A DNA stretch of 32,000 nt from contig NZ_CP076228.1 of NCBI RefSeq assembly GCF_021378375.1, forward strand, positions 390,001-422,000. Reading direction: 5' to 3'. The notes under the pieces were generated by a model, which searched no databases, was not told the DNA's origin, and saw only the letters and a list, made by a program, of their open reading frames with translations. The position numbers and the translations under genes were made by a program. The DNA is from Wolbachia endosymbiont of Drosophila innubila. Its GTDB lineage: Bacteria > Pseudomonadota > Alphaproteobacteria > Rickettsiales > Anaplasmataceae. Below, in pieces: positions 14,886 through 23,147 of the stretch. Positions within the stretch are counted from its first letter, which is position 1; the number at the start of each line of letters is the position of its first letter.

Positions 14886-16634
14886 ATGGATCATATAGAT
14901 ATTATAAAATCAAAATTATTATTATCCGACCTAGTAGGTAAAAAAGTCAGATTAATAAAAAGAGGAGATAGTTTTGTTGGGCTCTGTCCATTTCATAACG
15001 AAAAAACCCCATCTTTTTCGGTGAGCAATACTAAGGGGTTATATTACTGTTTTGGTTGCTTGGCTAGTGGTGATGCATTTGAATTTATTTCACAAACTGA
15101 AGGATTAAGCTTTAAAGAAGCATTGGAAAAATTAGCATTGGTTACAGGTGTTGAACTGCCCAAAAATCTTAGTATTACAAAAGAGGACAATAAACTATTT
15201 TTAGCGCTTGATTTAGCTGCAAATTGGTTTGCACAAAAAAATCAAGGTGTTGTAGATTATTTAAAGCAGCGTAAGATTTTACCTAAAATCATAGATAAAT
15301 TTAAGATAGGTTATGCACCAAGCTCTGGTTTGAAAGAGTATTTAAACTCTTCAGGTATTGAAGACAAAATTTTAATTGATATTGGATTAGTAAACAAAAA
15401 TTTTCATGATTATTTTTATGACCGGCTGATATTTCCTATACAGAGCATTGCAGGGAGAGTTATTGGTTTTGGCGGACGTGCGCTAAGTTCTGAGCAACAG
15501 CCGAAATATTTAAACAGTCCAGAGAGTCAGCTCTTCAAGAAGAGGGAGAATTTATACGGATTAAACTTTGCTTTAAGCGAAATACGTAAAAAACAGCACA
15601 TACTCGTTGTTGAAGGATATATGGACGCTATAGCGCTACATCAAGCGGGAATTAGTAATGCAGTTGCTCCGCTTGGTACCGCAATTTCTGCAGAACAGAT
15701 AAAAAATCTATGGAGATTTGCTAAAGAAATCTCCATCTGTATGGATGGCGATAGTGCTGGACGTCATGCTGCTACTCGAGTTGCAGAACTTGCTCTGCTA
15801 ATATTAGAGCCTGGATACACGTTAAAGTTTGTGACTTTGCCGAGTAATAAAGATCCATACGATATATGTAACGAACTGGAATACAAGAAAGAAGACGTGT
15901 TGACTGCTCTTGACCATTCAACAAAACTGCATTCTGAATATTTATGGCATCACATAATCGATAGCAATTTGCAAAATTATGAAAAACTTGCTCCGGAAAA
16001 ATATTCAATTCTTGAGCACAAGTTCATGGAATATGTAAATACTATTAGCAACAGCAGTATTAGAAGGTATTACAGAGATTATTTTTACAATAAGGCTAGT
16101 GAACTAAGAAGTAGCTTCAAAAAACAGATTTTTAATAGTAAAACTAGAGCAACAAAAGGTGAGTATCTTCATAACAAGTCTCCAGAGCTAATTGAAGCAG
16201 AGCAAAATCAGGCCGTAATTTTGCGTATAGCCGTAGAATTTCCTGAAATCTTGAACCGTCCTATATTTTTTGAGCAATTTTCTCATTTTGAATTTACTAA
16301 TGAGATGAAAAGATTACAACAGCGTATAATTGATGTAATAAGTAACAAAAGCAACCTCGATAAAGAGGCTTTGTTACAAGAATTGAAACAGTTTAACGTT
16401 ATAAAGTATGTATTTGAAAAAACTAGTGTACTAAATAGCCAACTGAACGAGAGAAAATCTGCAGAAATTGTGTGGAATAATATAGTGTTACTAAAAGAGT
16501 TAAATGCATTACGAAAAGAAAGAACCGAAGCGAGGCTGAGCGGTAATCTTGACTTAGAGGAAAGGTTGATAGAACAAATAAAGCAAATAGAAAGCAGTAT
16601 ACAAGAAATGCAAATGGAGTTTATTGAAAAGTAG
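14886..16634 (+). CDS. dnaG: DNA primase
   Basis: 582 aa. The zinc-ribbon is CPFHNEKTPSFSV...YYCFGC. The RNA polymerase core and TOPRIM motifs (VVEGYMD, DGDSAG) are present. Confidence 0.95.
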   Translation: MDHIDIIKSKLLLSDLVGKKVRLIKRGDSFVGLCPFHNEKTPSFSVSNTKGLYYCFGCLASGDAFEFISQTEGLSFKEALEKLALVTGVELPKNLSITKEDNKLFLALDLAANWFAQKNQGVVDYLKQRKILPKIIDKFKIGYAPSSGLKEYLNSSGIEDKILIDIGLVNKNFHDYFYDRLIFPIQSIAGRVIGFGGRALSSEQQPKYLNSPESQLFKKRENLYGLNFALSEIRKKQHILVVEGYMDAIALHQAGISNAVAPLGTAISAEQIKNLWRFAKEISICMDGDSAGRHAATRVAELALLILEPGYTLKFVTLPSNKDPYDICNELEYKKEDVLTALDHSTKLHSEYLWHHIIDSNLQNYEKLAPEKYSILEHKFMEYVNTISNSSIRRYYRDYFYNKASELRSSFKKQIFNSKTRATKGEYLHNKSPELIEAEQNQAVILRIAVEFPEILNRPIFFEQFSHFEFTNEMKRLQQRIIDVISNKSNLDKEALLQELKQFNVIKYVFEKTSVLNSQLNERKSAEIVWNNIVLLKELNALRKERTEARLSGNLDLEERLIEQIKQIESSIQEMQMEFIEK

Positions 16635-16815
16635 ATATCGTCTCGTTAGTCAACAAGAAAATTACAAAATAAGACAATATTTTACATAAGATTGAAATTT
16701 TTAACTAATTAAGCCTTCCTCTAACAGCTTTGCCCTGTAGTTTTTGATATGGTTAGGATCACTTGAAAATGTATAATTTTTGTAGTTAGCTCTGCTGTGC
16801 ATATAAAGTTTACTA

Positions 16816-16865
16816 TTGACTTTTATCACATTATCTCACATTATCTCACATAATATGCATGTGAG
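16816..16865 (+). promoter_or_regulatory. Putative promoter/operator of the fic gene: a -35-like TTGACT, three tandem 10-bp repeats and a 7-bp-arm inverted repeat
   Basis: TTGACT is at 16816-16821. The repeats ATCACATTAT/CTCACATTAT/CTCACATAAT span 16825-16854 with a 10-bp (one helical turn) period. The inverted repeat CTCACAT-N7-ATGTGAG spans 16845-16865, ending 6 nt before ATG 16872. Confidence 0.4.
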
Positions 16866-16871
16866 AAGAAT

Positions 16872-17954
16872 ATGAACTGGAAGAATTTTCGTCTTAGTAC
16901 GTGTCTCAACCTAGAAGGGCCTGTAATTGAGCAAGTGTACGAGTTAATTACTGCAGTTGATAGTGTTAAAAATAGCTGGCAGATAACGAAAAAACTACTA
17001 CCACAAACAATTGAAAGATTAACTCATTCAGTTATTGTTACATCTTCTGGCGCTTCTAACCGTATTGAAGGAAATCGTCTAACCGATAAAGAAGTTGAGG
17101 ATCTATATAAAAACCTACGTGTCAAAAAATTTAAAAATAGAGATGAGCAAGAAATTGCTGGCTACTTAGAAATGCTTACACTAATATTTCATGATTATAC
17201 GGATATTCCAATTAGTGAGTCATCAATATTGCACATTAACAACCAGATGCTACTTTATAGTGAAAAAGATTTGTATCATAGAGGAAAATACAAAGCAAGT
17301 TCTAATAGAGTTGAGGCAAAAGATCAGAATGGAAAAGTTGTTGGTATAATTTTTGATCCCACACCACCTTACCTTGTTAGAAAGGAAGTACAAGAGCTTA
17401 TTGATTGGTATCACTGGTCCTTAAATAATAAATTTAAGCATCCTCTTATTATTATTGCTAACTTTGTTTTTGAGTATCTGGCAATACACCCTTTTCAAGA
17501 TGGGAATGGCAGAACTAGTAGATTGATGACTAATTTAATGCTGTTGCAGCAGGGTTATGATTTTGTATCTATTGTATCACATGAAAAGATAATTGAAACT
17601 AACAAACTTGATTACTATTTAGCGCTTAATAAAACACAAAGTAGCTGGAAAAGTGGCAAAGAAGATATTTCCCCGTGGTTAATATTTTTTCTTAATGTAC
17701 TCAAAACGCAAGCAAATGAGGCGCATTATATTCTTGAGAGGGAGAATACTGAATATTTATTATCAAGAAAACAATTGTTCTTCTGGGAATGGGCACTTAG
17801 CCTTGCAGATAAAGAATTTAGTAGAAAAGATGCTATAGAAGCTCTAGGATTTCCTCCAAGAACAGTAGAGGCAATTACAAAGAAACTGCTAGGGATGAAA
17901 TACTTACAGCGTCTTGGAGAAGGCAAAGCCACTAGATATAAAGTTATTATTTAA
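16872..17954 (+). CDS. Fic family protein (AMPylase-type) with an N-terminal inhibitory motif and a C-terminal winged-helix-like region
   Basis: The Fic motif HPFQDGNGRTSR (17487-17522) fits HxFx(D/E)GNGRxxR. SNRIEG (17055-17072) fits the (S/T)xxxE(G/N) auto-inhibition motif located N-terminal to the active site. The C-terminus RKDAIEALGFPPRTVEAITKKLLGMKYLQRLGEGKATRY looks like a wHTH. Confidence 0.85.
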   Translation: MNWKNFRLSTCLNLEGPVIEQVYELITAVDSVKNSWQITKKLLPQTIERLTHSVIVTSSGASNRIEGNRLTDKEVEDLYKNLRVKKFKNRDEQEIAGYLEMLTLIFHDYTDIPISESSILHINNQMLLYSEKDLYHRGKYKASSNRVEAKDQNGKVVGIIFDPTPPYLVRKEVQELIDWYHWSLNNKFKHPLIIIANFVFEYLAIHPFQDGNGRTSRLMTNLMLLQQGYDFVSIVSHEKIIETNKLDYYLALNKTQSSWKSGKEDISPWLIFFLNVLKTQANEAHYILERENTEYLLSRKQLFFWEWALSLADKEFSRKDAIEALGFPPRTVEAITKKLLGMKYLQRLGEGKATRYKVII

Positions 17955-18203
17955 AAGTTTTAGTATGTTTTTCGAGATTTTTTTAAATCCAGTCTTATGC
18001 ACAACTTTGTTTGCAATTTTATTCGATTAAAAATTGCATTTTAGCAATAAAAAACTTACTTATTGTAGGAAAATCTTGTGTTTGTTCTCATATAAAACTA
18101 TTTATGGAGTGACAATGGTACATGTATTATACTTACATTTCTGATTCGAAAATTTATGCAGTTGTTTCTAACAAGATTGATCAACAAATTCTATTGTTTA
18201 AAG

Positions 18204-19238
18204 ATGAGAAATAAAGTAATCATCATTTCCAGTATTGCTTTTATTCTACTGTTTTTTATCAGCAGTGCATTTTTAAAAAAAGATCAGGCGGTTCATAGCG
18301 ATAATGCAACTAGTAGCTTTTCAGTAAAAACTCAAGAATGTGCGCCGCAAAACCGCACTATATATTTAAATTTTTCTGGTACAGTAAATCCCTTACATAG
18401 AGCTAGCCTTGTCTCAAAAATAAGTGGTAAGATTATTGCTATTTATTTACCTGATGGTGAAAAGGTAAAAAGAGATGATGTAGTGTTAAAGATAGAAGAT
18501 TATAACAGGATTGAGCAAGCTCAGAAAGCCAAAGCTTTATTAAAGCAGCGTGAAATTGAGTATGATTCCTCTCACAAACTGAATAAAAAAGGCTATGGGG
18601 CACAAATACAAGTAGAAGCAGCTTTTACTGCGTTACAAAGTGCAAAAGCTGACCTAAAAAGGCTAGAATTGGATTTAGAAAATACTGCAGTCACATCTCC
18701 TATAGATGGTTATATTGATAAAATCAATGCAAACGAAGGGGATTTTGTTAATGCTGGGCAAAAAATAGCTGACGTGGTTAATTTCGATCAAATTCTTGTA
18801 GTGTTATACGTTTCGGAAAATGAAGTAAATAAAATAGAGCTAGGCAGCACAGCTCAAATTAATTTGCTGGACGGAAAAGAATTGGCAGGTGAAGTAAGTT
18901 TTATTAGTAAAATTGCTGAGCCTAAAACTGGGTCTTATAGGGTAGAAGTAAAGGTAACTAATAATAAAATGATATCCTTGCAGGGACTAACTGCCAACGT
19001 AAGGCTACCTTCAGGCGAAAGATTTGCATATAAAGTTCCTTCTTCAGCCCTGAGCTTAAGTGACGAGGGTGCTCTTGGAATAAAGATTGTTGATGACAAT
19101 AATTATGTAGTATTTGCACCAATAGAAATTGTTGATCATGAGAGCGATGGGGTTTGGATAGTAGCAAATAACGAAGATAAACCCATAAAGTTAATAGTAT
19201 TGGGCCACCTATTTGTTAAGCCTGGTGATAAGGTTTAA
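18204..19238 (+). CDS. Efflux RND transporter periplasmic adaptor subunit (HlyD/MFP family)
   Basis: It has an N-terminal membrane anchor MRNKVIIISSIAFILLFFISS. The lipoyl/hairpin pattern (VSKISGKI..., coiled-coil segment, TAVTSPIDGYI) and beta-barrel region are present. The ATG at 18204 is preferred over the ORF-track start 18156. Confidence 0.8.
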   Translation: MRNKVIIISSIAFILLFFISSAFLKKDQAVHSDNATSSFSVKTQECAPQNRTIYLNFSGTVNPLHRASLVSKISGKIIAIYLPDGEKVKRDDVVLKIEDYNRIEQAQKAKALLKQREIEYDSSHKLNKKGYGAQIQVEAAFTALQSAKADLKRLELDLENTAVTSPIDGYIDKINANEGDFVNAGQKIADVVNFDQILVVLYVSENEVNKIELGSTAQINLLDGKELAGEVSFISKIAEPKTGSYRVEVKVTNNKMISLQGLTANVRLPSGERFAYKVPSSALSLSDEGALGIKIVDDNNYVVFAPIEIVDHESDGVWIVANNEDKPIKLIVLGHLFVKPGDKV

Positions 19239-19252
19239 GACATAAGATCCTT

Positions 19253-20446
19253 TGACCTTACCCAGAAAAAGTGGAGAGAAAGTGTGGAATGTTTTTTACA
19301 AAAAGAATGATGCATCAAATTGTTCTGGAATGCAATAGTTAATAGTGACGTTGTTTGTTATAAAAAATTTCTATGTATTCAAATATTGCAGTTCTAGTTT
19401 GTTGAGCAGAGTGTTGTGAAGTATCAATAAGTATTTCTCTTTTCAATGAGCTAAAGAAGCTTTCTGCAACAGAATTGTCGTAACAACAGCCTTTATTACT
19501 CATCTATATTCTTTACAGCTAAGAGATATTGATACCCTTGCGCAGTATATTGTGAACCTTGGTCACTGTGCAGCAGTAGATTTTTAACAGGTTTACGCCT
19601 ATTAATGGCCATTAATAAAGAGTTCATAACCAATTGTTTATTTATTGCACTACTCATTAACTACCATACGTGAGAATTATTGCTGCCAAATATAGCCATC
19701 CCTCCTTGGTTTTGATGTAAGTAATCCCATACTTTATTTGGTTGATCAACAATAAAGTTTTGATCTAGTATATTGGGAGCTACAGCTCTATTATCTGTTT
19801 GTTGTTTTTTAATTTTAAACTTTCTTCTCAGTATAGCCCTGATGTCATTTTTCTGCATAATACTTTGCACCGTTTTCAAATTGCAACTTTTACCCAAAGC
19901 CTTCAATTCAGCATGAATTTTAGGAGCTCCATATCTACATTTAGAAACTTGATATATTTTTTGAATAGCTGCGAGTAGCTCTTTATTTGCTGATTCTCTA
20001 CTGCTTATTTTTCTTGTGGTCCACTTATAGTAGCCACTAGCAGAAAATCCTACATAATTCCTGTACTTTATAGCAGTTACTATATAAAAAAATTTTTACT
20101 CTTTTTGACTGGCCAGGGCTTTTTAATGTCTCTTTCCCTTGTTACTCTTGCTTTGTAAATCAAACCTCTCTTTGTCATAAGGTGCTACATCTGGAAATGC
20201 ATTTGCCGCCGACTTTTTTTTTTTTCGTTGTGTTTCTTTATCCATTTTCCTAATACACTATCCCTTATTCCTAGATCTCTTGCTACTTTTGCAACTGGTT
20301 GACCTACCTTTCTTTGTTCATTTGCCAGTTTAACAGCTTCCAATTTGAATTCTGCTGTATATTCTCTTACCATTTCTAATCCTCCAAAATTTTATTTTAC
20401 CCAAAAAAACTCTTTTCTTTCTCTCCACTTTTTCTGGATAAGGTCA
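19253..20446 (-). mobile_element. IS3-family insertion sequence, 1194 bp, with decayed transposase
   Basis: The terminal inverted repeats TGACCTTACCCAGAAAAAGTGGAGAGAAAG (19253-19282) and the reverse complement of 20417-20446 match at 29/30 positions. The ends are TG...CA. Flanks are CTT and CTA, so no clean target duplication is seen. Confidence 0.85.
19339..20373 (-). pseudogene. IS3-family transposase OrfA/OrfB remnants, broken by several frameshifts and stops
   Basis: The OrfA HTH is MVREYTAEFKLEAVKLANE...VARDLGIRDSVLGKWIKK, followed by an A12 run (20213-20224). OrfB pieces lie in different frames: SGYYKWTTRKISSRESANKELL, YGAPKIHAELKALGKSCNLKTV, and the C-terminus ESFFSSLKREI...IFYNKQRHY ending at 19339. 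Confidence 0.75.
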
Positions 20447-20452
20447 CTACTG

Positions 20453-20812
20453 CTATTCCACGTCAAGAACAACCATAAGTTCATTAGGGTTCACATAACC
20501 TAAAGCATTTTTTGCTTGCTCATCAAGCAGATCTAAATCTAAGCTTTTTTCATATAAGCCAAATACTTTGTTGTCCAACTTTTCCTTTTCAGAAGAGACA
20601 TCCTTTAGCAAAAGTTTATTGTACTCGATTTCTTTTTTTAAATCGATTAACGTCAATAAGCCACGTTTACCTGTAATTGTGCTAATGCTGAAATATAATG
20701 TAAGGGAAGAAATGAGTAAGGCTGCGCTTAAACACAGTAATTTTTGCTTCTTTTTAGATATAAGCACCGTACTTTCACATATAAAAAATATATAACATGA
20801 AAAGGTGAACAA
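20453..20812 (-). CDS. ftsB: Septum formation initiator family protein (FtsB/DivIC-like)
   Basis: It has a single TM (LLCLSAALLISSLTLYFSI) followed by a coiled coil (GLLTLIDLKKEIEYNKLLLKDVSSEKEKL) and the LDEQAKNALGYVNPNE tail. The start is uncertain: TTG 20812, or GTG 20767 (VLISKKKQK). Confidence 0.7.
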   Translation of the reverse strand: MFTFSCYIFFICESTVLISKKKQKLLCLSAALLISSLTLYFSISTITGKRGLLTLIDLKKEIEYNKLLLKDVSSEKEKLDNKVFGLYEKSLDLDLLDEQAKNALGYVNPNELMVVLDVE

Positions 20813-20816
20813 AAAG

Positions 20817-20945
20817 CTAAGAACCTTGACGCGCTTTACACCTTGGCTTTACCTTATTTATAATGTAAATCTTACCACCCCTTTTCACAACTTTACAATT
20901 TTTATCTCTGTTACGATGAGATTTTAGCGACCCTTTGACTTTCAT
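20817..20945 (-). CDS. rpmJ: 50S ribosomal protein L36
   Basis: This 42-codon ORF is not in the ORF track because it is under 60 aa. Its translation is [45 protein letters not shown] is at 20945-20943 and TAG at 20819-20817. The pattern is a typical L36 sequence. Confidence 0.9.
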   Translation of the reverse strand: MKVKGSLKSHRNRDKNCKVVKRGGKIYIINKVKPRCKARQGS

Positions 20946-20994
20946 ATCTATAGTAAGAATTAAATTACTTTACATTATAATCACTTATCAAGAG

Positions 20995-21825
20995 TTAGTC
21001 AATTGATAACATTTTATTAAAATATTGTATAATTGTTGCTGATACTTCTTCGATCGACTTTTGCGTGACATCGATAATTGGCCAGTTATTCTGTTTAAAG
21101 AGCTCCTCTGCTTCTTTAATTTCCTTTTCTACTTTCTCAGGGTTAGCATATATATTATTATCTTCGTTGTTAATTGAAGTAAGTCTATTTTTGCGTATTT
21201 CTATTAGCCTACTTACGTCTATTGTTACCCCTATCGCTAGTTTATTTTTTAATTTTGCCAAGTCAACATAAAAGGGTACTCCACTAACAAAAGGAATATT
21301 TGCAACTTTATAGCCTCGGTAAGCTAAATACGTACTGGTGGGAGATTTTGATGTACGTGAAACTCCAACCAAAATTATATCTGCTTTATCAATATCTTGA
21401 ATATTTTGTCCATCATCATGATTAATAGTGTAGTTTATTGCCTCAATGCGCTGAAAATATTCGTTATTTATCTCAGTATGCAAGTCAAGCTTTTCGTCTT
21501 TTTCAATTTCAAGATAAGACGAAATTTCTCTAATAATATGTGATAATATTGCTCTATAGGGAATTTTCAACTTTATACAGTTATCTTTTAGATATTTTCT
21601 TAGCTCATCATCAGTAATAGTGCATATAACAAAATTATGCTCATCACTTTTCCTATTAATTTCCTCCAGAATTTTGTCAATCTGCTCTTCTCCTTTTACA
21701 AAAGACCAAACATATTCGATCGTTTCTACAGAACGAAAGTGTTTCAGAGCTGATTTTGCAACTGATATAACAGTTTCACCACTTGAATCTGATACTAAGT
21801 GTAGATTAAGCTTTTTAAGGGTCAT
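20995..21825 (-). CDS. Pyruvate, phosphate dikinase / PEP synthase regulatory protein (bifunctional kinase-pyrophosphorylase, DUF299)
   Basis: 276 aa. The N-terminus [10 protein letters not shown] and the P-loop-like [29 protein letters not shown] are characteristic of PDRP/PpsR. Confidence 0.85.
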   Translation of the reverse strand: MTLKKLNLHLVSDSSGETVISVAKSALKHFRSVETIEYVWSFVKGEEQIDKILEEINRKSDEHNFVICTITDDELRKYLKDNCIKLKIPYRAILSHIIREISSYLEIEKDEKLDLHTEINNEYFQRIEAINYTINHDDGQNIQDIDKADIILVGVSRTSKSPTSTYLAYRGYKVANIPFVSGVPFYVDLAKLKNKLAIGVTIDVSRLIEIRKNRLTSINNEDNNIYANPEKVEKEIKEAEELFKQNNWPIIDVTQKSIEEVSATIIQYFNKMLSID

Positions 21826-21960
21826 ATACTAAAAATAATAGCTAGCAATCTGCTACTGAAATTATGCTAATTTGTTGACCTACGTAAATATAGAAAAACT
21901 ATCCTGTTGATAAAACTCAAACTAATTGGTAAATTCTTAACACAATTATTCTCAAAACGA

Positions 21961-22671
21961 ATGTTTTTATTAAAGCCTACAAATTTCTCTTATTTTTCTA
22001 AGAAAGCTCTACCTTGGCTTGGGGTTATTTGTTTCGCATGTTTTTTAATTGGAATGTCTTTGGCGTTATTCTTCTCTCCAGAAGATTATAAACAAGGAGA
22101 AATTGTACGAATCATGTACATTCATGTGCCTTCTGCATGGCTTGCTCTTGGAATATATGGATTAATTGCATCACTTGGTTTCATTTCATTGGTATGGAAC
22201 AATAGCATTGCTAGTGTCTTGGCACATGCTGCTGCTCCTGCAGGGACAGTCTTTTCGGCAATATGCTTAATCACAGGCAGCATCTGGGGAAAAGGAACCT
22301 GGGGCACTTGGTGGGTATGGGATGCAAGGCTTACTTCAATGCTGATTTTATTTTTCCTATATGTTGGCTACCTTTCATTGTGGAGCGCTTTTGATAATGA
22401 AGCGAGGGCAGAAAAATCAGCAGCAGTATTTGCCATCTTTAGTGCTATAAATATTCCTATAGTAAAATTTTCCGTGAATTTATGGTCCACTCTCCATCAG
22501 CCAGCAAGCATTTTGAGAAAAGGTGGAATAGCAATAGAAAGTTCCCTGCTGTTGCCACTGGTTGCAATGTTTATGTTTTGTGCCACATTTTTTTTAGTAG
22601 TGTGGATACTGTATTCACTTTACTTAATTAATTTATATAAGATAAAGAGAGAAATCAGTATGCGGTATTAG
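21961..22671 (+). CDS. ccmC: Heme exporter protein C (cytochrome c maturation)
   Basis: The Trp-rich signature WGTWWVWDARLTS is present, with multiple TM segments and conserved His residues. The ATG at 21961 (MFLLKPTNF) is preferred over the TTG at 21907. Confidence 0.9.
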   Translation: MFLLKPTNFSYFSKKALPWLGVICFACFLIGMSLALFFSPEDYKQGEIVRIMYIHVPSAWLALGIYGLIASLGFISLVWNNSIASVLAHAAAPAGTVFSAICLITGSIWGKGTWGTWWVWDARLTSMLILFFLYVGYLSLWSAFDNEARAEKSAAVFAIFSAINIPIVKFSVNLWSTLHQPASILRKGGIAIESSLLLPLVAMFMFCATFFLVVWILYSLYLINLYKIKREISMRY

Positions 22672-22679
22672 GCCGAGAG

Positions 22680-23096
22680 ATGAAAATAGAACACACCACA
22701 TCACCAAGTAGCAAAGACATTGAATTCCTACTCAAAAAGATTAATGAAGAAACCGTTGATAAAGGTACGTGTAACCCATTTGCTTTTTTTATTCGCGATG
22801 ATACTGAACAAATTATTGTAGGTTGTAGCGGTTTTGTTATCTATGGTTCAATTTACACTGACTTGCTTTGGGTGCACTCTGATTATAGAAGAAAAGGTAT
22901 GGGAAAGCAGCTAATGGAAGAAGTTCATGATTATGGTCGTGAGATGCACTGTAAAATAGCAACCGTTGCAACCATGAATTTTCAAAAAGCGAAAGTATTT
23001 TATGAAAAGCTTGGGTATAAGTGTGATCTTGTACGTCCAGGGTATGTTAACATGTATATTTTTGAAGAAAGTGTTGTGAGATGCACTGTAAAATAG
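22680..23096 (+). CDS. GNAT family N-acetyltransferase
   Basis: 138 aa. The acetyl-CoA binding motif is WVHSDYRRKGMGKQLMEE (Q/RxxGxG/A type), followed by FYEKLGY. Confidence 0.8.
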   Translation: MKIEHTTSPSSKDIEFLLKKINEETVDKGTCNPFAFFIRDDTEQIIVGCSGFVIYGSIYTDLLWVHSDYRRKGMGKQLMEEVHDYGREMHCKIATVATMNFQKAKVFYEKLGYKCDLVRPGYVNMYIFEESVVRCTVK

Positions 23097-23147
23097 CAAC
23101 CGTTGTAACCATGAACTCTAAAATATTTAAAGAGCCTACTAATATCT

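Noticed and set aside
16640-16871. A separate small antitoxin gene upstream of fic (VbhA-type class I arrangement)
   Set aside because: There is no plausible small ORF with a start and RBS on either strand, and the inhibitory (S/T)xxxE(G/N) motif lies within the Fic protein itself.
18012-18038. The inverted repeat TGCAATTTT-N9-AAAATTGCA between fic and the adaptor gene, as a terminator or efflux-regulator operator
   Set aside because: The stem is entirely AT-rich and of low stability, in AT-rich intergenic DNA. There is no adjacent regulator gene. It could easily arise by chance.
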